From Mobula hypostoma (taxonomy: Eukaryota): DNA of 64,000 nucleotides. A program made the position numbers and the translations under genes. The notes below the pieces were generated by a model. The model did not search any database. It was not told the DNA's origin and worked only from the letters and a program-made list of their open reading frames with translations. Of this stretch, positions 11,898-24,420 are shown piece after piece. The stretch is taken from assembly GCF_963921235.1 (NCBI RefSeq), contig NC_086097.1:170750001-170814000 (forward strand), in the 5' to 3' direction. The stretch's first letter is position 1. Each line of letters starts with the position of its first letter.

Positions 11898-12557
11898 ATA
11901 ATAGAAAGATATTTTCAATGAACTGAGTTGTGCTTACAGTTTTCAACATCACTATGAATGTTCAGTTCTTTATTTCTGTTTCAGAGAATACCTGGGAATT
12001 TGGGAAACATTCCTGATGCATAACTGAGAAGAATGCGAAATTCCAAAGTTCCTTGAATGTACTAATGTTCAGAGACATGTTAATAGCTTAATTAATTGGC
12101 CAGACTTGAACAGAGAATAACGTATAAAATTGGTATTGGTTTATTATACTCACATGTACACATACAGCTTGTTTTTACCTACTGTTCAAACGGATCAAAT
12201 CATTACAAAGTGCATTGAGCTAGAATAAGGTAAAACAGTAATAATGTGGAATAAAGTGTAAAAGCTATTGAAAAAGATCAGTACAGGCAAACAAGGTCAT
12301 AACAGGGTAGATAGTGAGGTAAAGTGTCCATCTTATTTTAATTTTACGAGAGGTCCTTCCATTCAAGAATCTGATAACAGTGGAATTGAAGCTGCCTGAT
12401 GCCTGAAGGGGGGGAGACATATCAGAAAGGTATGTGAAAGTTGCAAAGGAATGGGACTAATTGGATGGATCTTTTAAAAAACCGGTAGAAAAACGAAGGG
12501 CTGATTGGGCCTCTCTTGCATGGGTGTGCCCTGTCCATCACTGACATTCTTTATCAT

Positions 12558-12890
12558 AGAACATAGAACATAGAATAGTACAGCACAGTCCAGGCCCTTC
12601 AGCCCACAATGTTGTGCCGACCCTCAAACCCTGCCTCCCATATAAGCCCCCACCTTAGATTCCTCCATATACCTGTCTAGTAGTCTCTTAAACTTCACTA
12701 GTGTATCTGCCTCCACCACTGACTCAGGCAGTGCATTCCATGCACCAACCACTCTCTGAGTAAAAAACCTTCCTCTAATATCCCCCTTGAACTTCCCATC
12801 CCTTACCTTAAAGCCATGTCCTCTAGTATTGAGCAGTGGTGCCCTGGGGAAGAGGCGCTGGCTATCCACTCTATCTATTCCTCTTATTAT
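12558..12890 (-). mobile_element. Young CR1 LINE 3' end with (TTCTATG)n tail
   Basis: ORF 12624-12917 IIRGIDRVDSQRLFP...RGHGFKVR...FFTQRVVGAWNALPESVVEA; tail atagaacatagaacatag. Confidence 0.88.
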
Positions 12891-12982
12891 CATGCACCAC
12901 GACAAGAGAGGGAGCATGTCTCTTCAGAGCAGAAAGAGCTACAGGAGGTTTGATAGATGTGTTAAAAATCACGAATAATTTT

Positions 12983-13083
12983 GATAAATGTGAGAAATGA
13001 TTTGCAATGGCAAAAAGCATTTGGTGAATGTCCTCCATTCACCAAATGCTTTTTGCCATTGCAAATCATTTCTCACATTTATC
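12983..13083. repeat. Perfect 48-bp inverted repeat with a 5-nt spacer
   Basis: 12983-13030 is the exact reverse complement of 13036-13083; the spacer is tcctc. Confidence 0.97.
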
Positions 13084-13789
13084 TGAATCCTCTTCGGATT
13101 TAAAATAATTAGCAAAAGGATCACCTGCAGAATAAGGAGAACTTGCTTTAGGTTGAAGAATTGTGATCTGGACTGTATTGCTGGAAAGTGTAGAAACAGG
13201 ATCAGTCATAAATTTTAAAAGGAAATTGATTAAGTATCGATAAAGAGTAAAAACAAACTGTAGTGAAAGGGGAACAGGAATTATCCTGTTGTTCCTTGAA
13301 AGGGTTTCCATAGGCACAATGGACCAAATGGCCTCCTACTGTGCTCAGAGGATTAATGAAGCTATCTGGAACTGATGCTGACATATATGCACGTGTGTCA
13401 GTCAATCTATGAGTGATTACAGGAATCATGTGCTTTTATTTCCTACAATAACCTTTGATGTGACACCTTGTCAAATCCCTCATGAACTTCTAGCAATTCC
13501 TCTTCATCCAAAACAGTTCATTCTTCAAAGTCCTATTAAATGGTCAGATGTGATTTTCCTTTCAGAAAATAATGTTGGTTCTTTCCTGATTCCTGAAACT
13601 TAGAATTTTTCTGAGGGTCCCTGCTATGGTGCCTTCAATCAGAATCAAATCAGCTTTAACATCACTGGTATATGTCCTGAAATTTGTTGTTTTACTGCAG
13701 CAGTACATTGCAATGCATAGTAATAAAAACTATAAAGTAAAAATACACACACACACACAGAGTGTAAAAAGACAGGGAAGAATATTGAC

Positions 13790-13978
13790 CAACACGCACA
13801 AAATGCAGGAGGGACCTAGCAGGCCAGGCAGCATCTATGGAAAAGAATCCAACTGACTTTTCGGGCCAAAATGTTGACTGTTTACTCCTTTCCATAGATG
13901 CTGCCTGGCCTGCTGAGTTTCTCCAGCATTTTGTGTGTGTTGCTTGGATTTCCAGCATCTGCAGATTTTCTCTTGTTT
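13790..13978. mobile_element. Penelope-like terminal fragments in inverted arrangement (older)
   Basis: caacacgcacaaaatgc...gcagcatctatggaaa is mirrored by tttccatagatgctgc...gcattttgtgtgtgttg around a hammerhead remnant. Confidence 0.7.
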
Positions 13979-15061
13979 GTGAAAAATACTGAGGGAGTCT
14001 TCATGAGTCGATTGTCTATTCAGAAATCTGATGGCTCTTTTTAATAAGAGTTTCTATATTTCCCTGTGACATATTCCCTATGAAGTTCATTAAGACCAAG
14101 GGATTTGTCAGGCCGCAGGGCGACAACGTGCTCACTCTCATTAGGTCACACAAATCACAAGATCCCTGAATTTATCATCCCTGGGAAACATACTGACTGA
14201 TAGGTCACTCATTGTCTGATGCCCTTGGCCGTTTCCTCCCCATGCCACATGTCTAATTTTCATAACCAATAAGGTAACTCAGCAGAATTAGACAGTTTGG
14301 CCCATCAAATCTGCTCCACCATTCAATCACGTCTGTTTTTTTTCTTAACCCTTATAACCATTGACCCCCTTAGCAATGAAAAGGTTATCAGTCTCTGCGT
14401 TAAATACCTGCAGTACCTTATCCCCACAGATGCACCACTTTTGTACTGAAGGAAGTTCTTCTCATTACCGTTTTAAAGAGAAAGCCATTTATTCTAAGGC
14501 TGTGCCCTGGGATCCCAATCTCTCCTACTAATGGAAACTTTCTCTGCATGTCCACCTGATCCAGGTTATTTAGTGTCCGGTAGGTTTCAATGAGATTCCC
14601 TCCTCATCCTTCTGAACTCCATTGACTTTCCTTCCTCAAATCAGTGTTTCCAATCTAATTAATCAACTGATTGACATTGTGAGCCAAACTGCATCACTGA
14701 AATCTAAACCAATTGCATCATACTAATGCAGTGCACATAGCTGACTTCTCAGGGACTGGTGTAATTTTCTTTTAGTTTGAGTGAAAGTGCAATTAGGAGA
14801 ATTCTTTCTGAAGATGATAAAGACTTAACTCATTATTAAGATACTGTGGTTTCTGTCACTTCCTTGGCAATCGTGTTATATCCACGCATAGCTTGGATCC
14901 CCCTCTGGTATGTTACAACTTGTAAGATTTTAAGGACATATCTTAACTGCCTTGAATGTCCACATCCTACCAGTGATATGATAAGTATAACACAGATACA
15001 CAAGTGTTCAGAATACCAGTCGATGCAGATCCATACAAAGAAGAGAATCCGAGAATATTAA

Positions 15062-15271
15062 CGCAAACAACAGGAATTCTGCAGATGCTGGAAATTCAAG
15101 CAACATACATCAAAGTTGCTGGTGAACGCAGCAGGCCAAGCAGCATCTATAGGAAGAGGCGCAGTTGACGTTTCAGGCCGAGATGAAGGGTCTCGGCCTG
15201 AAACGTCGACTGCGCCTCTTCCTATAGATGCTGCTTGGCCTGCTGCGTTCACCAGCAACTTTGATGTATGT
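15062..15271. mobile_element. Penelope-like fold-back insertion
   Basis: 14-bp TSD TCCGAGAATATTAA (15048-15061, 15272-15285). Arms of 82 bp (15102-15183 and 15191-15272) have one mismatch and enclose a 7-nt loop. Confidence 0.88.
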
Positions 15272-15334
15272 TCCGAGAATATTAAAATGGGTCTGCTCAT
15301 CAGACAACAGCAATGAAAAGAGGAATGGAGTTAA

Positions 15335-15530
15335 TGCACACAAGATGCTAAAGAAACTCAGCAGGTTAGGCAGCATCTATGGAGAGGAATAAAGAGTTGA
15401 TGCTTTGGGCTGAGATCCTTCATCAGGTCTTTATTCCTTTCTATAGATGCTGCCTGACCTGCTGAATTCCTCCCGCATTTTGTGTGTGCTACTCTGGATT
15501 TCCATCAACTGCAGAATCTCTTGTGTTTAT
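15335..15530. mobile_element. Older Penelope-like inverted terminal pair
   Basis: Mirror-image gcagcatctatgga../..tatagatgctgcc, with a minus-strand CTGATGA remnant at about 15420-15427. Confidence 0.65.
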
Positions 15531-15872
15531 GAAATGCAGTTAATGTCTGGTGAAGAACTCCAACCTGAATTGTTAATCTCTTTCTCTTTCAGCAGATGCT
15601 GTCTGACCTGCTGTGTGTTTCCAGCATTTTCTGATTTTATTTCAAGAAAGGATTTTTTCATTTTGCCTTAAATGCTGGCAAGAAAATGAATTTCAAGGTA
15701 GTATATGGTAACATATACGTATTTTGATAATAAATTTAGTTTCAACTTTAAACTTAGATCTCTAGTAACTGCGGTTCATTTTTCTGTTTTATTATCACTG
15801 ACATACGTTGTGAAATTTGTTGTTTTGTGGCAGCAGTACGGTGCGAGCATTAAAAAAATTATTATAAGTTAC

Positions 15873-16088
15873 GTTTTTTTTATCGTGTCACACCAGTCAC
15901 TCAGCTATTCTTGTCTGGCGCCTGGTGTCAGGATTGGTCTCCTTTCGGATTAACCGGGTCACGATATGAACATTCCTGACTCGACACTTTTTTTTTACGA
16001 GGCCAAGTGGCTAGCTCAACACTCAACCCGGCACAGATGGAAAGTGTGCTCGGGGGGGTGGCCCGACTTGGATTCTAACTCGGGAATT
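15873..16088 (-). mobile_element. tRNA-derived SINE, 5'-truncated, with an A-tail
   Basis: 8-bp TSD TAAGTTAC (15865-15872, 16089-16096). There is a B-box-like GAGTTAGAATCC on the minus strand and poly-T on + at the left end. Confidence 0.72.
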
Positions 16089-16349
16089 TAAGTTACAATT
16101 AAAGATAAAGAGTGCAAAAGAGGAACAGTGCGGTGAAGTGAGGTAGTGTTCATGGGGTTACAGACTATTCAGTAATCTGTGGCAGAGGTTATTAAACTGT
16201 CCCTAAAATGTTGAGTGTGTTCAGAGGTTTTCTCGGTGGTGGCATATCTTCTGATTTTCATATGAAGAATGTTTCTCTCTCCTGACAATCCAAGGTTCTG
16301 ATTCTTTATACTAACTCAATCTCAAAATAGATGTCAACAAAATAGAGTA

Positions 16350-16825
16350 TAGAGAAGACTTACTGGAATGTTACCTGGGTTTCATCACAAACAGAGAAAG
16401 GTTGAACAAGTTGGGTCTTTATCCTTTGGAGCGTAGAAGGTTGAGGGGGACTTGGTAGAGGTATTTAAAATTATAAGGGGGATAGATAGAGTTGACGTGG
16501 ATAGGCTTTTTCCATTGAAAGTGGGGGAGATTCAAACAAGAGGACATGATTTGAGAGTTAAAGGGCAAAAGTTTAGGGGTAACAATGAGGGGGAACTTCT
16601 TTACTCAGAGAGTGGTAGCTGTGTGGAATGGGCTTCCAGCAGAAGTGGTTGAGGCAGGTTCGATGTTGTCGTTTAAAGTTAAATTGGATAGATTTACGGA
16701 CAGGAAAGGAACGGAAAGTTATGGGCTGATGGAAGGTCGGTGGGACTAGGTGAGATTAAGCGTTTGGCACGGACTAGAAGGGCCGAAATGGCCTGTTTCC
16801 GTGCTGTAATTGTTATATGGTTATA
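16350..16825 (+). mobile_element. CR1 LINE 3' fragment
   Basis: RRLRGDLVEVFKIIRGIDRVDVDRLFP...TRGHDLRVKGQKFRG; 3' end gggccgaaatggcctgtttccgtgctgta. Confidence 0.88.
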
Positions 16826-17363
16826 TAAAGAAAAAGTTACAATTCTGTAGTGCACTGAGTCAACATTTGGGTAATATGGACATAAAAAATGTATAGTGTA
16901 AATAATAATAAGGAAGAAGATATATAAAACTATAAAAGGTTGGACCCAGCTAAAAATGATCTAAATCTGAAATCATTGACTCTAATTCAAGCAAATCCCA
17001 TTTGTAATTGGACTCAATTTATTTGAAAGCAAAGCATAAGTAGATCAGAATTAGTCTAATTTGCTATTGAAAATTATTTTGGAACAATCTGATGATTTAA
17101 TAGAGAACAAAGATAAACTTGGTATCCAGCAGGGTAAAACCAATTGTTTTTTATTCAGCCTAGCAACCTCATTACATAATGTGTATCTATTTCAACGTCT
17201 CTCAGGCAATATTGTTGTATCATGAGTCTTGGCTTTGACTGAAAAGTTAGTCTTATTGTTTTGTCTTACTTATTTGGATCTTGCCTCTCAAGATGTTGCA
17301 CAAAGTGACACTGGATGGTAAAGTAAGTTAACTGACAGGTGCTCTTGTCTTTATCTGTACCAG

Positions 17364-17553
17364 GTGTCCATTACACTACTTCTTCAGTGAAGTTTATTCT
17401 GCAAGAACAAGCTTCCCTGGCGCAGCCAGCAACTATTTATTATCTCTGGACTGCAGACTGACAACACTGCCCGAGGCTATTACTACCGAAACAATTGGAA
17501 CTGTGGCTTGTGTTCCCGACGAAGCAACCCCACCTCCCCACTGAAGTGAAAGA
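17364..17553 (+). other. Probable 5' UTR part of the first coding exon
   Basis: A pyrimidine-rich acceptor (ctcttgtctttatctgtaccAG) ends at 17363 and is followed by non-repeat sequence up to the ATG. Type II cadherins usually have upstream non-coding exons. Confidence 0.55.
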
Positions 17554-17772
17554 ATGAAGCTAAGAGACAGACAGTACTGCTATGTCCTCGCGATTGTGTC
17601 ACTCTTCCTGGGACTTGGTATGACAAGTCAATCAGATCCTTCGCCTTCGTTGCCCAGACCCCACCTGACAAAGGTGCAGGAGGCTCACAGGCGGGTGAAG
17701 AGGGGCTGGGTATGGAATCAGTTCTTTGTGCTGGAGGAGTACACAGGCACAGACCCATTATATGTGGGGAAG
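17554..17772 (+). CDS. CDH7: First coding exon of a type II classical cadherin (cadherin-7-like; CDH20 not excluded): signal peptide, prodomain, furin site and start of EC1
   Basis: Translates [26 protein letters not shown]...[29 protein letters not shown]. It has the type II two-Trp WVWNQF motif and a furin-type RxKR site. It ends at a phase-0 donor AAG|GTAAAC, the conserved YVGK|LHSD junction. The N-terminal pattern MKL.....C..L....LFL....SQ matches CDH7 as I recall it, while EC1 [11 protein letters not shown] matches CDH20. The family call is strong; the paralogue call is moderate. Confidence 0.9.
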
Positions 17773-18299
17773 GTAAACAAGGTCAACTGCTCTTCACCTT
17801 CTAAATGTGTTCTCAATCGATCTCCTAATTGGAACATTTGGCTTTGAATGGATGCTTAGGGGATATGGGTCTAAAAATCACTCATGAACTTGTTTAAGAT
17901 TTCATTTACTGTTTTTCAAAAGAAGTATCACTTCTGAAATAAATGAGTTCCTCTAAGCTAATTGGAGAGGAATTTCTGACACAGTGCCCTGGAAGGTGAA
18001 ACATTTCAGATCCTGTAACCTTCTCATTTGATGCAATGTCTTGGGGCAGAGATACATTTTGCTTCAGTTCATTCCAGCACAGAGGGAGGCCACTTGGTCT
18101 ATCATGCTTGTGCTGGCTGTATGTATGATTTGTCCAATTAGCTTCACTCCCCATTTTCCTTCCTCACAGTTGGATCACATTTACCCAATTTCCATTTGAA
18201 AATTGCATTTGAACCTCAGTAGGAATTGTTTCAATTTACGAGTTACCTAGTTGAATTATTTGAGGTATCCTTCCAGTAACACAGCTTGTCCTCGACCCT

Positions 18300-18545
18300 T
18301 ACACACCAGAGATTCTGCAGCTGCTGGACATTTGAGCAACACACACAAAATGCTGGAGAAACACAATATGTCAGGCAACATCTATAAACAGTCAACATTT
18401 TGGGCTGAGGCTCTTCATCAAGGTACATGAATCATCAACAGTTTCTTGATGAAGGGTCTTAGCCTGAAATGTGAACTGCTTATTCCTCTCCATAGATGCT
18501 GTTTATCTTGTTGAGTTCTGCCAGCATTTTGTATGTGTTGCTTTT
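18300..18545. mobile_element. Penelope-like inverted pair with two divergently oriented hammerhead remnants
   Basis: ...ttgggctgaggctcttcatcaag followed by cttgatgaagggtcttagcctgaaatg..., with mirrored tails. Confidence 0.68.
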
Positions 18546-19009
18546 GACTCTTCACTGCTGACTTCACAGGAAGATGATACAACACACAAAGGGGCCTTTC
18601 AGCCCACTGAGTTTCTGCTGCCTCTTTTGAAAGATCCACCCAACTAGCTTCATTTCCTTGCTTCTTCTCCAAAGTGCTGCAGGTACTTCCTGCATGTGTT
18701 TAACCAGCTAGTTTTTGAAGCCTATTGCTGAGCTGGGTCCACCACCATTCAGGCTGTTAATTCTAGGTTATCACATCTCGTTGTTTACAGTGTTTCATTA
18801 TTTCCCCATTGAATACTGGGATCTCTGTGGCGATAAGAATTGCAAAGAGCTGTGATTAGAGAGGGCAAGCTGATGGTTCAGGCACTGACATAAGCACATT
18901 TAACATTTTTGAAAATAAATAAAAAGGACCAGTGAGGAAAAGCTTTTTTGAGGTTCGGTATGATGTGGAACTCACTGCCCTGCAAGGAAATAAGTAAATT
19001 TGTTTATTA

Positions 19010-22000
19010 TAAGAACTAGGAGCAGAATTGGGCCATTTGGCACATTGAGCCTGCCCCACCATTCCATCATGGCTGATTTATTATCCCTTTCAACCCCATT
19101 CTTTTGCCTTCTCCTCATAACCTTTGATGCCCTGATTAATTAAGAACCTATCAACTTCCTCCTTGAATATACGCAATGACTTGGCCTCCATTACTGCATG
19201 TTGCAAAGAATTCCATAGATTCACCACCTGCTGGCTGGAGAAATTTACCCTTATCGCTGTTATAAATTGATGTCCCTCTATTCTGAGGCTGTGCCCTTAG
19301 GACCTAGACTCCCCCACTATAGGAAACATCCTCTCTACATCCACTCCATTCAGACCTTTCAACATTTGATAGGTTTCAATGAAATCCAGCCCACATATTT
19401 CTAAACTACAATGGGTCCAGGCCCAGAGCCATCAAATCTCCTCATAGGTTAACCCTATCATTCCTGGGATCATTCTTGTAAACCTCCTCTGAACTCAATG
19501 CCAGCACATCCTTTCTTAGATAAGGGGCCCAAAACTGCTCACAATTCTCCAAGTGCAGTCTGACCAATGCCATATAAAACCTCAGCATTACATCCTTGTT
19601 TTTGTATTCTAGCCCTCTTGAAATGAATGCTATCATTGCATTTGCCTTCCTTACCAACAACTCAACCCGCAAACTAACAGTCATGAAATCCTGCACGAGA
19701 ACTCCTAAGTCACTCTGCACCTCTGATTATTAAACTTTCTCCCCATTTATGAAATAGTCCCCACCTTGATCCCTTTTGCCAACGTACATGACCACACACT
19801 TCCTGATATTATATTCCATCTGTCACTTCTTTTCTCATTCCCCCAATCTGTCTAAGTACTTTTGCTGAAACCCTGCTTCCTCAACACTCTCTGCCCTTCC
19901 ACCTATCGTCATATTGTCCTTAAACTTGGCCTCAAAATCATTGATTCCTTCATCCAAATCATTGTTATAAAAGGCGAAAAGAAGCATTCTCAACACCAAC
20001 CCCTGCAACACACCACTAGTCACCCACAGCTAACCAGAAAAGGCCCCCTTTATTACTAGTCTTTGCCTCCTGCCAGTCAGCCAATCTTCTATCCATTCTA
20101 GTAATACCATGGGCTTTTATTTTGTTAAGCAGCCTCATGTGTAGCACCTTGTCAAAGGCCCTCTGAAAATCCAAATAAACATCATCCACTGACTCTCTTT
20201 TGCCTATTCTGCTTGTTAATTACTCAATGAATTCCAACAGATTAGTAAAGCCAGATTTCCTGTTTGGAAAACTGTGCTGACTTTGGACTGTTTTATCATG
20301 TGCTTCCAAGTACCCCAACACCTTATCCTTAATAATAGACTGCAACAATTTTCAAACCACTGAAGTTAGGCTAACTGGCCATATTTCATTTTCTCTGCCT
20401 CCCTCCCTTCTTAAAGAGTGTAATGACATTTGCAATTTTCCAGTCCTCAGGAACTTTGGAATGGCTTAATTCTGCTCCTATATCTTATGGAACTATTCCA
20501 GAATCTTTTGATTCTTGAAAGATCATTACTAATGTCTCCACAATCTCTTCAGCTACCTCTTTCATCTGGTCCAGGTGACTTACTTACCTTCAAACTTTTC
20601 AGTTTCCCAAAGCACCTTCTCCTTTGTACTATACTCACTTCTGCTCCCTGAGACTCTCGCATCTCTAGCATTCTGCTAGTGTCATCCACCGTGAATACTG
20701 ACACAAAATACTTCTTAAGTTCCTCCACCTTTACTTTGTCCAGCATTACAACCTCTCCAAAGTTTTTTTCCAGTGGTTCGAAATCCACTCACATCACTTT
20801 TTCTCCTATATATCTGAAAAATCTTTTTTCATCCTCTTTTATGTTATTGGTTAGCTTACCTTCAAATTTCATCTTTTCTCTCTCAATGGCTTTTTTAGTT
20901 GACTTCTGTTTGTTTTTAAAAGCTTTGCCATTCTCTACGTTCTTACAATTTTTTGCTATATTATATACCCTCTCTTTTGCTTTGATGCTGTCCTTGACTT
21001 CTCTTGTCAACGCAGTTGTCTCATTCTCCCTTTAGAATACCTCTTCATCTTCGGAATGTATTTTTCCTGCACCTTCTGAATTTCCCCTAGAAACACCAGC
21101 CACTGCTGTACTACAATCATCCCTGTTTGTGTCCCCTTCCAATCAACTTTGACCAGCTCCTCTCTCATCTCTAATTCCTTTTACTTGCTGCAATACTGAT
21201 ACATCTGATTTTAGCTTCTTCTTCTCAAACTGTAGGGTGAATTCTATCATATTCTGATCACTGGCTCCTAAAGGTTCCTTTACCTTAAACTTTCTAATCA
21301 TATCTTTGTCATACATAACATCCAGTCCAGATTTGCCTATCCCTTTGTAGGGTCAACAACAAGCTGTTCCAAAAAACATCTCGTTGGTAATCTACAAAGT
21401 TCCTCTTGGGATTCAGCACCAATCTACCAGCATATTGAAATCTCCCATGATTATCGCAACATTGCCCTTTTTACATGCCTCTTCTATGTCCGATTGTAAT
21501 TTGTTGCCCAAATCCTGGCTACTGTTCAGAAGCCTCTATATAATTCTCATCACAGATTTTTTTTCTTACCTTTGCAGTTTTTTAACTCTACCTACCTCTT
21601 TCTAAAGATTTGATTTCTTTTTTTTTATCAACAGAGCCACTCCCCCCTGCCTAACATCCTGTCCTTTCAATACAATGTGTATCCTTGAATGTTAAGCTCA
21701 CAACTATGATCTTCTTTCAGCTAAAGCTGAGCAACTTCCAGATCATCATACCTACTAATCTCTACCTGTGCTGCAAGACCATCTACCTTATTCCATATAC
21801 TCTGTGGCTTCACATGTAATACTCTCAGTTCTTTATTCACCAACTTCTTTTGCTTCTGCCCCCCTGTTGCACTTTAACATTCCACTGACTGCAATTTTGC
21901 CTTTCTTTCTTTCTGTCTGCCTGACCTTCCTAAACACTGCATCTACTTGTATATCAACTGCCCCATCTATGGCCCTATCACTCCACTACCCATCCTCTAG

Positions 22001-22205
22001 ATGAGTTAGTTTAACCCTCCCCAACAGCTCTAGCAAACTTGCCTGCAAGGATATTGGTCTCTCTCAGGTTCAGGGGTAACCTGTCCTTTTCTCTCAGAAG
22101 AGATCACAATGATCCAGAAATCTGAAACCCTGTCCCCTGCATCCATTCTTCTGCCACACATTCATCTGCCAAATCATCCTAATCTTACCCTCACTGGCAC
22201 GTAGC
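19010..22205 (-). mobile_element. Long decayed CR1 LINE (end of ORF1, APE and RT)
   Basis: TSGVLQGLVL...LF.FY.NDLDEG; LVRLHLENCEQFWAPYLRKDVLAL; LKVSKSPGPD; APE-region remnants at 21100-21800. Confidence 0.9.
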
Positions 22206-22259
22206 ATGAGCACCTATATTCTCTCTTCAGGACCTCTCCCTTTTCCTACTTATGCCATG

Positions 22260-22800
22260 TGAACAGAAATGAATTTTGTTTTGTATGCCATCTATACAGA
22301 ACATTTCATCACATCTGTGCATCTGGAAAACAATAACAGAATGCAGAATGAAGTGTTGCAGTTCAGAGAAAGTGCAGTGCAGGCAGATAAAAAGGTACAA
22401 CGCCGTGATAAGGTAGATTGTGAGATCAAGAGCCCATCTTATTGTACAAGTGCACCATTCAATAGTGTTATAATAAGGGACAGAAGCTGTCCTTAAGGCT
22501 GGTGGTGTGTGCTTTCAGGTTTTTGTATATTCTGCTTGATATAAGGGTGAAGAACATAGAATCTCCAGGGTGGATAGAGCCTTTGATTATGCTGGCCTTT
22601 TCCTGAGGCAGCAAAAAGTGTAGACAGAATCAATGGAGGGAAGGCTGCTTTTTGTGATTTGCTGTGCTGCTCGCTGTAGTTCCTTGTGGTCTCTTGCAGA
22701 GCAGTTACCATGCCAAGGCTGATGTGTCCTGGTAGGATGCTTTCTATGGTACTTCTGTAAAAGCCTGTGACAGTCAATGGAGAACATGTTGAATTTCTGC
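22260..22800 (-). mobile_element. Rex1/Babar-like LINE 3' fragment
   Basis: LT..FYRSTIESIL and W.GNCSA.D.K.LQR.AQ.IT..SLPSIDS.Y motifs. Confidence 0.7.
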
Positions 22801-23954
22801 AATCAGCATCTTCCAAAGATAATTGAACAGGCTGGGTCTGCTGTATGGAAGGAAAAGCACAGATCCGATAGGTCAAAGGGTCTCCTTTGTGCTATAAGAA
22901 TATATAGCACAAAAATATGTGTTCTATGATCCTTTAACCAGTCACCTTAACTCCCTGTCTTACATAGAGCATTGTACTGCAACAGATCCTTTGGCCCACT
23001 TTGTCTGTGCTAACCATGCCAAGTTCAACTAATCCATTCTGCCTCTGCAATGCATGTATCTCTCCATTTTCCACCTATTTGTGTGCCTGTGTAAGAGTCT
23101 CTAAAATTTTGCTGTTCTATCTACTTCTACCACTTACCCTGGAAATGTGTTCTACTCTCTGTGTAAAAACTTGCTTTGCAAATTTCCTGTAATCCTCCCT
23201 CTCACATTAAAGCTGTGCCCTTCAGTCTTTGGCATTTCCACCTAGGGAAAGACACTCTGATTATCTATCCTATCTTTGCCTTTTATAATCTAGTACACTT
23301 CTGTCAGGCCTCTGCCTCTGACACTCTGGAGAAACCAATCCAACATTATTTTAAGCTCTCTTCTGGTTTCCAACCTCCAGCTGCTGCAGTCAGATTCTTC
23401 TCATTTCCTCCACTGGCACCCTTGAAGGTTTTGAACACTTCTCTTGAATTTTTCCTTCAGCTTTCTTTCACTCAGGAGGATAACCCCAGCCTCTGCTCCC
23501 CAAATCCGATCTCATTTCTTTACAGTTATGGAGAATGACTGGTGGGTGACTTTATTCAGGCACATAAGATTCTACAGGGACATTGTGGTAGATTTTGTGA
23601 TGTTTGTACTGGTGAATGACCTTTTGACTGAGCAGGCAAACTAACAAGATGAAAGAGGTGGACACAGAGTCATAGAGTAAAACAGCACGGAAACAGGCCC
23701 TTTGGGCCATTCATTCATGCCGACCAAGATGCCCATTTGAATTAGTCTCATTTACCTATGTTTGGTCTGTGTCCCTCTAAACCTTTCCTATTCATGCCAT
23801 TTAAAATAAAAGTGTGCAGGAACTCCTCTGGCAGTGGATAGTGAATCTCTGACAGAGGAGGAATTGAGGCCTGGGACAGATCAGCAATGATTGTATTGAA
23901 TGGTCGGGCAGGCTTGAGGGTCTGAATTAGCCTACTGCTGGCCTACTTCCTGAT

Positions 23955-24255
23955 AACCACAAGAGATTGTGCAGATGCTGGAAATGAAGAGCAATGCACA
24001 CAAAATGCTGGGAGCAGCTTAGCAGTTCAGGCAGCATCTATGGAGGGAAATAAGACAGTTGACTTTTTGGGCTGAGACCCTTCTTCAGGACTGGAAAGGA
24101 AGGGGGAAGATACCAGAGTAAAAAGGTGGGGGGGGGAGGGAGGGAAAAGGGGACTAGCTAGAAGACGATAGGTAATGCCAGGTGAGTGAAGTCCCTTTTA
24201 CTAACCTTACAGTAAAAAAAATTACAGGTAGTTGAAGAAATCAATGTTCATGTAA
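23955..24255 (-). mobile_element. Penelope-like 3' fragment with a decayed hammerhead motif
   Basis: Family tail plus (rc) cagtc-CTGAAGA-agggtctcagccc-AAAA-agtc-aactg; ends near the ...MNIDF motif (gaaatcaatgttcatg). Confidence 0.65.
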
Positions 24256-24420
24256 TAATAGTGTTCACAATCAAACTAATTGTGCAGATGCAGGAAATGA
24301 AGAGGAATATATACTGCATCCTAATCATTAATTAGGACAGTGAAACATTACAAATTTCTATAAATGTGTGCTAGAGAGTATATTGCCTGATTGCATCATG
24401 GCCTGGTATGGAACTATTTT

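Noticed and set aside
11961..12060. Acceptor-like ttctttatttctgtttcAG suggesting an upstream non-coding exon
   Set aside because: No convincing downstream donor and no transcript evidence.
17773..17847. ORF-track extension [11 protein letters not shown]... of the cadherin ORF
   Set aside because: This is read-through past the GT donor into the intron. The protein continues at 63946.
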